Shown here: positions 52,233 through 64,000 of the stretch, piece by piece
Layout: each line of letters opens with the position of its first letter
Position numbering within the stretch: the stretch's first letter is position 1
Source of the DNA: Lingula anatina
Lineage: Eukaryota > Animalia > Brachiopoda
DNA: 64,000 nucleotides
Assembly: GCA_051362555.1 (NCBI GenBank)
Contig: CM120640.1
Location: forward strand, 27,986,503 to 28,050,502
Direction of reading: 5' to 3'
Position numbers and translations under genes: made by a program
Notes under the pieces: generated by a model
Seen by the model: only the letters and a program-made list of their open reading frames with translations
What the model was told of the DNA's origin: nothing
The model's database searches: none

Positions 52233-54098
52233 ATGGCGAAGTATATGTTGGCATTCGTTGTGTTGAGTTTTTTTTTACAAAAATTCATTGTCTGCAGTAG
52301 GGGAAAACAGATGCAGTATGCAGCTTCAGAGATGGTCAGTGTAACTATCATATCAGCCTTGCCCATCCACAGGGACAGTGTACAAATCAAATGGTAAAAG
52401 AATCAGTACACGACAATATGGCAGCCATCCTGGCCAATCTCACGCAAAAGATTGATTAAATGGGCGTACCATTGACCTTGGCATCTTCTCTTCTGGACGT
52501 TCAATCCAAGTACCATGGGCTTGTCGCAGACAACATGAAACTAAAGAGACGGCGTCAGAACTAGTCAACCAAGTTGCTGAACTTAAGAGGCAAAATAAAG
52601 CACTGAAATCGCAGAGTCAAGCGACTGAATTGGGTTTGGTCACAATGAAAAATATGCTGTCCGATTTATCTAAGAAATGCACTCTTATTCGACATGAGCT
52701 GGACCAACTCAACAGCAGCATCACAGGTAAAAGAACAATATATAAAACTGCTTTCAAAGGTATTAAAATCAAAAAGAAGAAAGTTGTCGGCGAATAAGAA
52801 ATTATATTGAAAACACGTTTGGGAAAGGTGGAGGTAATGCTTTTCAATGAATGAATGAATCAATCAATCAATGAGGTATAGTTGGTGGAAAAAGAGCTAT
52901 ACATCACAATGTTTTTTTTTTGTTTTTTGTTTTTTTTTTTGGGGGGGGGGGGGAGGGGGTGGTGTATTTATCAAAAGCCTTAATTTTTAAATATATCCGA
53001 ATACACAACAAATGATTATGACAACTGTCAAAAGGTTGGTGTTATTAATTTATGTAGCTCTCCCTGAACTGTAATTTCTTTCAGACTGATTTTTATAAGA
53101 AACTACATGGTTTGATACTTACAATACGTAAAAATAGTTCAATGCTTAAGCGTGGGAAATTTTTTAAAATGAGATAATCTTAGACTGCGTTTATACGTCT
53201 GGGTGTTTAGGTCCAGCCATACCGAAGACCTCGGTCCTTCGTTTTTCTGGAAATTCCACTACCAACTGGGCAGTACTGAAACCGTTGTCAACTGGAGCGA
53301 TGGTTGAGATGACCATTTGTGTTACCATAAGAACACAGACCAACATATTCGGTGGACTCCTTTCTCACGCTGTCCAAAACGATCACAATCACATAAGGAT
53401 CCACGGGTACCCGGCCGGCCAGCTTTTAGGATTGTCTAGGATTGATTTGTATTTGAACAGAAATCCGTATGTTGCAAATCTTGCCGATGGAAAATGGCAT
53501 TCTGTCTGTATTACGTGGGAAAATGGGGAAGGCAACTGGCAATTCCTCGTCGATAATATTGTGAAAAACCACGGGTCTGGAATATTGAAGGGAGGCTACC
53601 GTAAACCAGGTGGGTCGTCAAATAGCTAATACAGTATATTATGTGCAGGACTGCTGCCAGAAAGGTTTTGTCTTAGGAGTGACTTTGTAGCAGTTTTCAA
53701 CAAATTAAACTGTGGCCGTTTTTACGTCTTGTTATTTTGGTATATGCACAACATATTAAAAATATATGTAAGCAAGGTGCTTGATAAGTTTAAGAATTCT
53801 CAACTGAATGCCTCTTAAAACCGGCGTTTTTTTAATGCTTCACATTTCAGACGGAGTGTGGGTGGTTGGTCAGGAACAAGACGCTGTTGGCGGTGGATTT
53901 CAGATATGGGATGCTTTCAAAGGAGATATTGCATCCATTGATGTGTGGGACCGAGTCATTGACGTGCCGACTGAAGGGTGTAGCCAGGGCAACGTCATTG
54001 CTTGGCCGGGACCGTCAGCCATTGAACTTCACAGTGTACCTGTAAGCCAAGAATGCGTAGCTGTCTGCACAAGCCGTCACCGTAACTGCCAAAACTGA
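52233..54098 (+). pseudogene. Secreted coiled-coil plus pentraxin-domain gene (long-pentraxin-like), exon 1 disrupted
   Basis: Exons 52233-52726, 53211-53609, 53851-54098. Exons 2-3 are intact with DGKWHSVCITWENGEG and VVGQEQDAVGGGF...FKGDIASIDVWDRV pentraxin motifs. Exon 1 starts with the signal peptide MAKYMLAFVVLSFFLQNSLSA. It needs a frameshift near 52320, read-through of TAA 52457-52459 and a second frameshift near 52545. Confidence 0.7.
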
Positions 54099-56014
54099 AC
54101 TTATTACCATTACCCGATTTTCTTTAATGCCAAGACAGAACCAAATGAATGTTTCTCCAAGACCTTTCATATAACTGATCAGTATAATAATACACATTAA
54201 ATGAGTTTTTATCTTTCAATTTATTTCTACAATCTTTAAAGTTATAATTTCAATTGTTGAAATGCTTAATAAAATTATTGCTTTTCCTTTTTTTCCTTTT
54301 TATTTTCCGCCGCTTTGAATATTGTAACATTTTTTTGGTTACTTGGTTTGTATGGATTCAAAGATGATTGTACAAAAGTAACAAAAAATTAAAAAATAAA
54401 ATAGTTTCAGTCCTCAATTTAACAAATCTCCATTTTGACCAACTCTTTACGGGAAATGACCTGTATATATCTTACACTTTATTTCTACTGGCACAGTTAG
54501 GAAAACCAAGTAAGTTGCTCTCATCCACAGAAAATCCCCCGTGGTAATCCTATGTCTAACGATTATTTCCCTCCACTGAGAGTACACATAATTAAAGCAC
54601 TATACACAAACACAGGACGTTTGTTAGACACAGAAAACCAAACAAAATAAATTGAGTCAAGTATTTAAAAAACTGTGATTTGTTGCCAGTAATTGAGAAC
54701 TATTAGCTGGGTCTTGGGTAATAACATGAAAAATGTAATAACATGAAAAATAAAACAACCTGAATAGTGCTCATGTATGATGGGTACAAGACCGTCTTTA
54801 TAGTATGCATGGATGTTGATAGCATAAGTGTGTATTATATTTCAATGTACCAGGCATTTTGTCTCAACCGCTACTGCAAAGAGTCAGACCTGTTGACAGT
54901 AATTTCAAAAGTTTTTTTCTGAAAAGTTGATCTTTTTACCCCCCTCTTTGATGGCCCAATATGACAAAAGGTATAGAAATGTAGATCAAATCTGGAATTA
55001 GGTGGGACCTTTTCCAACCAAAAAGGCAATTCTTTTGGGCCTCCTAAACCTCACCGCCCACTGATCTGATAGTCATGTATATACATACATCGGTGCATGA
55101 GTAAAATTGAGTTTTAACTAAAAAAAACTATTTGAATATTAGAAGTAAAAATATTTGCACACCAGTTTGCCTTCCAGTAGATTAGTATAGTAGAGTTTAT
55201 TTAACTTGATACCATGGTCTATTAGTTCATATACAAAATTATTAAGTCTAGATTGAATGAAAACAGGAAAAATGGCAACCTAAAATTATGGTTATAAAAT
55301 AGACCTTGTAAAAGGAGTACATTGATAACATGGGAGTAACCTCCATAGATATGATGTGTCTACGTTCAACTTATTGGTCAGCTTACAATAGAGCCCCTTG
55401 TAATGGAAATTATGAGCTATTCCCGATTTCCAGGCTGCTGTATTTTACATCAAGCATCATTTCTAAAAATATTGAACCTTTTTCATCTTGTTAATCTTCC
55501 CACACATGTAATAAAATGAAAAATAAAACAACCTGAATAGTGCTCAATGGAATAATGCTGATGATACACTACTTTCTTAAGTACATGCTCCGACATAGGG
55601 AAATGGAATGAACTGGCATGTGACCAGTCCTCACTAAAAATGTAAGATTTACACAATTCACCTGATTTACATAATTCACAATAATGATCCACATAACCCT
55701 GAAAAAGTCTTAATGCTAACTAAAGTCGGAAAAGTCTCAGTGAATGAAGATATACTGATAATTAATGGGTTGTGCAAACATTTGTAGGGATATAATTACA
55801 AATGTTGTATAAATCTATAATTTTAGTTATACTACTGAGATATACAATTTCAAATATACTACTTAGATTTCAATATCAAAAATAAAAACAGATCTTAGAA
55901 AAAAATCTAAAACATCCACTGGTATTCCTGAAAAAACCCTGAACAAAAAGTAAAAATATTCTGCATATTTAATCAATCAACCAATCACTCAATCAGAGGG
56001 TCGTAATAAGCAAT

Positions 56015-59000
56015 TCATATTCTAATCTTGTCACTAATGATGTCCCTGTACAGCTCCCCTGTCAAAGGCACATAGGTCTTCTTGGTGGCATCCAAAAAAT
56101 AAAGAGGGTGAGGCACAGCATCAGGATCAAAGCCTTGTTTCTTGAACTCTCCTTTAACCTGTTTGAAGGTAGATGTGAGCACCAACTCTGGCTGGATGCG
56201 TAGAAAGAGGGGCCTGGCATAAGATGGCAGCAGTTCTGTGCAGTGAGTGTACAACACCTTGAGAAGACCAGATGAGACCCGGCCTGTGCCCTGCAGAGTT
56301 ATGACTGACATGCCAGCCTGACCATCATGACCTGAGAAAGGAGAAAAAGCAAAGTCCAATACCAAATAGATTTGAAATTCATTTTTTTTTTTTGGTAACT
56401 TGGCTGATGATCACTGTTCAAGATGGAGATAGTTACTGGAGATAACTGAGCCCTAAACAAACTTAACATAATATGTAGACACAATTCTGCTAGGTAAGCT
56501 TGGTTATCTGCCGTATCAATTTATCCATTTTGTACATTCTTGTACAATTTTGAGAGAATAGGGTATAAAACTGTAAAACATTTTCATTTTTTTACATCTG
56601 TCAAGAAAGTTCAAATGTCAGTATCTGGTTAACACACCTGGGACTGGCACTCCGTATGTACAAGCATCTTCTATTCCCTCCACATCAGCCAGGACATTAC
56701 TCACTTCTGTTGTGGAGACATTCTCACCCTTCCATCTGTTAAATTGAAAGGAAATCAGCTGGCATGTAGTAAAGATGTAGTCTTTAGGGTCTTCTTAATC
56801 TTTCCATGCTACTATCATAAATCTTTCTGTCTTTCTAAGAAATCGTTTGTAGCACCCCTTAACTGGTATGTGTTATATTCTGTTCAAGGAATAAAAATTT
56901 TAACAACCTTTGCTAAAAACTTTTACTTTTTAGTAAACGTGAATGTGAGGAATTCATGTGACAGCCCAGCGTTCCAAAAAAACACATTTTTTTTTAGTTT
57001 GTTGGTCAAAAGGGCATTGACTGTAAGATCTGTGGAACAGACATTGTGCTAATTATTTTTCTGTCCCAGATCTTTTATTTAATGTTTCTTACAAGTTTCA
57101 CAAGATGTAATATTCTGGGCCCCTGCTTACCTAAAGGTGTCCCCAACCCTGTCACTGAAGTAGAGATAGTACTCTGGATCATAGTACAGCAGATCACCAC
57201 TGTTGAAGTATGCATCACCCTTCTTAAAAACATCCTGCAGGATTTTCTTCTTTGTTTGCTCTTCTTTCCCCTTGTAGCCTTCAAATATCTGTCTTTTACT
57301 GATTTCACCAATCAACAGTCCTGGGGCATCTGGCAAGATCATTTTTATCTATATTATTATATTCTTTTTTGAAATTATCAAAGTTTTACCATGCTTATTC
57401 TAAACTTCCATAGAAAATTAATGACACCTTTACTAAACACTGCACAAGATCAGATGTATTGATCTTAGTTAATAATGTCCCTTGATAAAAAAAATTCAAT
57501 GCAAAAAATGCCTTTGGAAATTTGAGCAATATCTTTAGGAAACAAGTGATGGGTGATAATAAAACCCTCATTTCCAATTCCATATTCATCTTATTTTACC
57601 TGGACCCACTGGAATGCAGAGACCATTCTCATCTCTAATCACCTCTTCCTTTTCAATGTCAAATTTGACCAAATATGCCTTCTGGAACAAATGCTGAAAA
57701 TAAAGACCTTAGATTAATTTTTGTTCTGGATAAAGATTTTAAAAAATTCGTAAATGTCTGTGTTGCAAACCTTACTATCATTGAGTAACATTACCATTAT
57801 AGTGCTCATGAAGTTCAAATTAAGTCATATGAAAAAGAGGATAAGTTTGTATGTGAAAGGGAGACTCATAGATTATTTTTTAGCAATCATGTATTTACAG
57901 TTATGTATCACAATTTCATCATTTACTCATATATTGAGAAAAAGCATGATTATCTCTATTTCTCTGACAACTATACCATTTAATTCTTCAAAAAATGAAT
58001 TTTCTAAACTGTTTATAATATATATCATCTATAAATGTATGGTTTGGGACATTTTAGAAAGTCTTACACCTTGCCTAAAACCACTTACATACAACATACA
58101 TATGACAAAACCCACAGCTTAAACCACACATAATATTGTACTGAAAATATACAATACCAGAATTGGTGACAATCTTCCGACAGCCCCAACTTTATTGAAC
58201 AAGTTGAAGAATCCCACGTTCCCTTCAGTGCATGCATAGAATTCATTAATTTTTGGAATTTGAAACCTCTCTTGAAATTCCTTCCAGATATCTGCCCTCA
58301 GTCCATTTCCCACTGCACAGCGGATGGAATGTTTAGCATCATCTGGATGCTTAAAAAAATAGATACAGCATATACAAACTCATAAATCTAGACAGGTATC
58401 GTTTCTTAATTTTTGAGGTGCATGACAGTTTAATTCACATGACAGCATTACATTTCCTAGAATCAATTTTCAATGAATCTCCATTTCAGTACTTAAAGGT
58501 GCATTTTTTACTTTACTCTCCATGCCTACTGTAGGTCATTTCATTAATGATGATGAATGATTTGACAGCCATTATTTAAAATTTTTGTAAATGAGAATGT
58601 TTGACTGTACACATACACATGTACATGTAACCTAGGATCATCTACTTTCTACACATTTTACAAAAATAACAGCTGCCCAATGATATCCTACCCTTGGTCT
58701 GGATAAGAGATAACGACATATTTCTCCAATGTACAAGAAGTAGGTGGCACGCTGTTCTCTACAATCTTCCCAAAAGTGAGAAGCCGAAAACTTCTTTTTG
58801 AGTAAAATTGTGGCTCCTAAAATATATAATCCATTTTTGTCAATAATGGTAAAACCGATATACACATACAGTTTGTGGATAGATAGATTACTGTTTCAAA
58901 GCTTTTTCTTTAATTATATGATGATATACTTTGTGTCAAATCAGCACTTTTCCATTGCTCCCAATTTGGCTGCATCATGATTCTGATAATAAAACATTTA

Positions 59001-60172
59001 ATTTTCAACAAGCATCTTAAAATCTGTGGACCAATTTGTGGCTTCTACTAGAACTGAGGTTTAGGACACTAGCTTTGGCATCTTTGCATATACTTATATA
59101 TTAATTTTTCTGCTAATTGTCATATTCATTTAGCTTTTCAATTCACTATAGTTTTGAAAATGAAATTAGACTATAACTACTCAACCAGAAGTAAAACCAA
59201 TTATTCTAGAGATAATTCCAACTAAATATGGTTTACCTTCAGTGATCACTCCACCTAGACCTATAATGCATGCAGAGCTGTGATAGAGGGGAAGTGCAGT
59301 GTACACTCTGTCATCATGACTGAATCCAGCAACAGGCAAAATGAATGAACCCCTCAAGAACCTGTACTGTCCAAGCACTGCTGGTTTTGGGAGACCTGCA
59401 TTAAGATTTACGGTGTTTTTTATTAATGGAAAAAATGATGGAATTTCTTACTTAACAGTCATCTTTCTACCAATATTTCTTTTGCATGACAATATTATGT
59501 AATGGCAATGAAAAATAACATTCTAGGACACTATGACACCTTGTTTTCAAACACTCATGGTTTCCCAACAATAAGAATAAGATTTGTAGGACACACAAAC
59601 AAACCGTAAAAGAAGAGCAAACTTATCTAATTTTTTAAAATAAATTTAGCAAGTTTCTTTTCAAAAGAATCAACCAACTGATTGTGTCCACAAGACCAAA
59701 ATTGTTGCAAAAAATTATTTAAAAATTACCTGATATACATGAAACAAAATAAATAAAATGAAAAAAAAAATAATAAATAAATAAACAACATAAATCTTTT
59801 CATCCATATTGAGACATTGTCAGTTTTACAATCAAAACTATAGCAAACATCTTCCTACCTGTTGTTCCTGAGGTATAAATATAACACACTGAACTATTCC
59901 ACTTTAAGCCACTTCTCCTGCTCTTTGGAATGGCAGCATTTGAAGTCCTGGACATTAAATCATCAAATGACTTAAACCCATCTTGCAATGTCTCTTGTGT
60001 TTGCCCCTGCACAAAGATGGATACTCCATTGTTCTTCAAGTCTGGCAGCACATCCTGAGCAGCCTTCAGAAGTTCATCACCTTCAAGGAATTTACATGAA
60101 AAACTATTACATACACATACAATCACTGACTCATGAGTGACCCCCCCCCCCCCCAAAAAAAAAAAATAAATA

Positions 60173-60205
<33 letters not shown>

Positions 60206-60476
60206 AAAAAAAAACAATCACCAATTTCCATAAACAACATGAAAATGTTATGCAGTTAGAAAGTATTTGACCAAAAACAGCCTTAAACCATACACATTGT
60301 TTGTTGCATAATGTACGTTGTTTACCTACCTTTACCAATAACAAGAATCTTAGCCTCGCTTCTTGTAAAACACATCACCAGTGACTTTGCTCTCAGGTTG
60401 TGGTTTAGGAGGGCAACGCCAACACCAATCTTGAGTAATCCTGATACATAATATAATAATTTGATGATACTTTTAT

Positions 60477-60550
<74 letters not shown>

Positions 60551-61607
60551 AAATGAAATTAGATTTTGTGAAACAACAGAAATCGACTGAGATTCAAGCT
60601 TTGTTTCTGAAATGGCATGTATACCATTTTCATACTTGGTTTCTTCTGAAGTGAGATAAAGCCTTTGCAAAGTGTAACATAAAGTAAAAATAAATAATGG
60701 CATTTTAGAATTGTCACCTCACCTATAAAAGTCCAAATAAATTCAGGCTCGTTGTAGATCATGATGGCCACAGTGTCACCACACTTCAAGCCCCATTCTT
60801 CCTCGGCCAGTCTGGCTACTTTGTTGGATTGTTCATTCACGTAGGACCACGTGTACTCTTTGCCCTGTAAAGACCATAGCACAATCAGTTTCCATACAAT
60901 TATCTGTTATCTGTTAAGCATTGTATGAATCCATATTACACACATAAAAAGTTTTATCAATATCTTCAGAAACATACACCCATGCATATTTGGCATTTCT
61001 TACTGTAATTTCTCACTAGATTGGAATAAAAGTTAAATTAGAGGCCTCTGTGCCAATTAAAGATAATAAAATGAATAAATAAAAAACTGGTTTGTTTAAA
61101 CTTCTTAAATAACAAAAATAAGTTCCTGTTAACAAAATTTTGAATGGAAAGGTAGATTGAAGCTTATGTCAAAAAGTGTTTGTTTTTTAAAGAGTAAATA
61201 AAAATCATAAATCCTGAAATAATAATGTTTGAAACAAATGACGCTTTCTCCAAATACTAATAATACATACACTGAACTTATATACAATCTAATCTAATCT
61301 AATCCAACAGTTATAATCCATCAAATAACAGCTACTATTTTGAAGGTATAACCTCAATGTCAACTGTTTACTTATCAACCCTCACCTCAAACACAATCAT
61401 TGGTTTGTTGGGAAATTTAGCAGCCTGGTCATCAAAAACGTCAGCAATCATCATCTGGTTTCTGACGCAGTACTCAAACTTCTTCAAACTCTTGATCATC
61501 TGTATGATGTAAGACAGATCCTTCCACACCCATGGCCATTTGAAGTGCACAAATAACAGCCCTCCTGCTATTCCAGCAATGGAGGAAAAAAGGATTTCAG
61601 ACCACAT
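56015..61607 (-). CDS. Very-long-chain acyl-CoA synthetase / fatty acid transport protein (SLC27A/FATP family), 11 coding exons
   Basis: Exons approx. 61387-61607, 60723-60865, 60330-60440, 59859-60080, 59237-59395, 58693-58816, 58158-58349, 57599-57694, 57131-57330, 56637-56735, 56015-56331. Motifs [86 protein letters not shown] and [12 protein letters not shown]. An acceptor just upstream of the ATG indicates a 5' UTR intron. Confidence 0.95.
60475..60547. repeat. (AT)n microsatellite
   Basis: Dinucleotide run in an SLC27A intron. Confidence 0.95.
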
Positions 61608-61863
61608 TTCACAGAAGCTGAAAAGACATTAATTTGAATATCATTTGAAGAAAAATTCATGACATTATATTGCTTTTCAAATCAACTACAATTAAACCCA
61701 CCTCAACTTTCTAAGCTTGAAGGTCCCCTACACACCATGTACTAACTATTCACATATCAAATAATGTCTCTGACAAGGGTCCTTGACGTTAATAAGTGGA
61801 CTATTCATGAATTGTATAATTATTCTGATAAATGATACCAAGGGTGGAATTAAATGCACTACG

Positions 61864-62036
61864 CAGGCCCGTAGCCAGCAATTTCAGAGGGGGGGGGGGG
61901 GGGGGTCATTTTCTGAAAAAGTGGACCTTTTACCATAAAATCCGCAAGTACATAGACCAAATTTTACCCAGGGTGGACCTTTTCCCAGCAAAAAAAGGTT
62001 CTTTCGAACCCCTGAACCCCCCTGGCTATGGGCCTG
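61864..62036. mobile_element. hAT-like MITE (CAGGCCCGTAGCC family)
   Basis: Same TIRs and body as 47886-48057. Flanks CTACG/CTACA. Confidence 0.8.
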
Positions 62037-62973
62037 CTACATGTTTGATGTATTCTACATGCATGTATGCTGAACATACAAATTGCTCCTTCAGTTTGGC
62101 ACATGAGCAATATATAAATTATTTACAATGGATTAGTATACCACTTTAATTAATAGTTGATTCCGTGTGCTTGTAGCTAAAAAGTAATTTTTAAAACCTC
62201 CTTAGTTTAGAGAACCTCCAACAGTCATCATAACTTATATAATAATATGTATGATTTAGAGATATATTTATAGACATAATGAATTTCCATAAAAAGCAAT
62301 CTGTAACTGATGGAAAATAGCATGTTAATTTAAAATGTATCTACAATTAAGTTTCAATATATTCAGATCTATGTCTATTTGTCAGGTTGCATGTCAGCAG
62401 TTAATTGAACTAAATTCAAAATGCAACTGGTAATTGAAAGAAAATAGTAGGTTTATTTCAAATGTATCTACAGATATGTTTTAATTTACACAGATATGAT
62501 GTGACAGGATGCAAGTCAGCTTTGGAAGTTAATTTAAAATGGAAATTAAGGTTTAAAAGAGGAGAGTGAGAGATAAACAGAGAGGGAGATACATAGATAG
62601 ATGGCAAGATGAACAGACCCACATAGTGAGAGTCTACAGGGTTTTGTAGAAATAACCATGAACTATGTATAGAAGCATAAAATTACAAATGTTTGTCTCA
62701 GCTGACTTAATTATTGATGCAAGGCAACAACAGAAGAACTTGAAAAACCATGCAAAATTATATGGGCCCCAAATACAACTGTATGTCCAAGGTCCAGTCA
62801 CTACAACTAACTTGCTTACAGACGCCTTATGAGGATCAGATGCAAGCATAAAAGATCATTCCAATTGAAACCATTGGTCTACATACATGTAGATAGATCC
62901 AACTCTGCAGGGACTCTTGCTGAATGCAATCAATTTTACATACACCTCATCCTTTACGTAGACCCATTATTTC

Positions 62974-63159
62974 CAGTGGCAGATTTATAGGGGGGGGGGG
63001 GGGGGTCAGGGGGGAACTGACCGTCCCTTCAATTTCTGGTCCCCTCTTGTAATTAGCATTTTGACTAGCTGAATCATAGTTCTAAACCATACCAAATGGC
63101 ACTGTTCACCCTTCAGCGGGGCCCGAACCCCCCTTCAAATAATCATGGATCCGCCCCTG
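62974..63159 (-). mobile_element. hAT-like MITE (CAGGGGCGGATCC family)
   Basis: The reverse complement matches both ends of the 38729-44576 element. Flanks TTTTC/GTTTC. Confidence 0.75.
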
Positions 63160-63285
63160 GTTTCAATGGGAATGAGCCTTAATTAAGGTGGTTAACAGAG
63201 GGCAATCTCTATTATTAAACTCCAGAAACTAAAAATAAGGATTAAGACAACTGTTTTCTGTGCCTCACAAAGTTAAACACTGTTA

Positions 63286-63511
63286 CATCCCATTTCCATA
63301 GATTTTTAGATCGATCTATCCCTGTGGGGAGTCTCACTAGATTACTGTCAGCTTGGCCGGCTTAAGGGTCTGTCCCGCCTACTAAAAGCTGTAAGGGGGT
63401 AATTAACTATGGTGCCCGCTTGGCTGACTGCAATTTAGCGTGAACCCCCAGGGAGTTAGGTCGATCTAAAACTTAATCTTTAGATCGATCTAAATCTCTG
63501 GGAAAGCACCC
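63286..63511. mobile_element. PIF/Harbinger-like MITE, family A copy 3
   Basis: Near-identical body to 1628-1843, with TTA on both sides. Confidence 0.8.
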
Positions 63512-64000
63512 TTAAATGTAGATGAGATGAAAAAACTTGACATACAAAAGCAAGAATGTAGGGTCTCAGGCTTAATTACTATGGTTTAAATTATACCATC
63601 TAATAAGGTACATGCAGCCCTATTATATATGTCACTTATGCATGGAGGTGGGCTAAAATGCCCCACCTCCTTAATATCCTGGACCTCCAAGCATTAGATA
63701 ATCAGTGCACTTGATTCTCTGTAAACCACTGTACACCTCCCTAGAGTGCAAACTGTAAGTGGTGTAATGAGCAACCTGCACTCTCGAACTCGTCCCCAAT
63801 CCCCACAGATATATGTTAAATTGTTTTTATATCTAATTACACATTTTACACCAGACATCATGTAATTTTCTTATGCCAATACTTTGCCTCAGTTTTCGGC
63901 CTAACTCAACCTACTTTGTGTATCTAGCACACACAGACGCGCGCGCCCGACACACATGCATGATGATAACAAGAATGTACATTCTCCACGTACTGCATAT

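Overview
AT-rich, intron-rich animal genomic DNA, not prokaryotic. The repeat content suggests an invertebrate, probably a mollusc (inference). Genes were reconstructed by hand from splice sites and reading frames. In order they are TBCA (-), an intronless NAT8/camello-like acetyltransferase (+), AP-3 beta adaptin (-, 23 exons), SCAMP (+), two tandem paralogous 4-exon genes for small secreted cysteine-rich proteins, a signal-peptide/coiled-coil/pentraxin gene, and an SLC27/FATP acyl-CoA synthetase (-, 11 coding exons). The NAT8-like ORF is split by a 4.8-kb long-TIR transposon with a 9-bp target-site duplication (TSD). SCAMP is head-to-head with AP3B and has a duplicated, apparently mutually exclusive 118-nt TM4 exon. 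The two cysteine-rich genes are largely missed by the ORF track. The pentraxin gene has lesions in exon 1 and is a probable pseudogene. TBCA-AP3B-SCAMP order and orientation match human 5q14. Mobile DNA includes a Mutator-like element, a Kolobok-like element, a 5.85-kb hAT-like element with a 5-bp TSD plus related MITEs, PIF/Harbinger-like MITEs, a foldback palindrome, Helentron-type elements, a LINE 3' fragment and a 34-bp satellite. All coordinates were counted by eye and no database searches were run.
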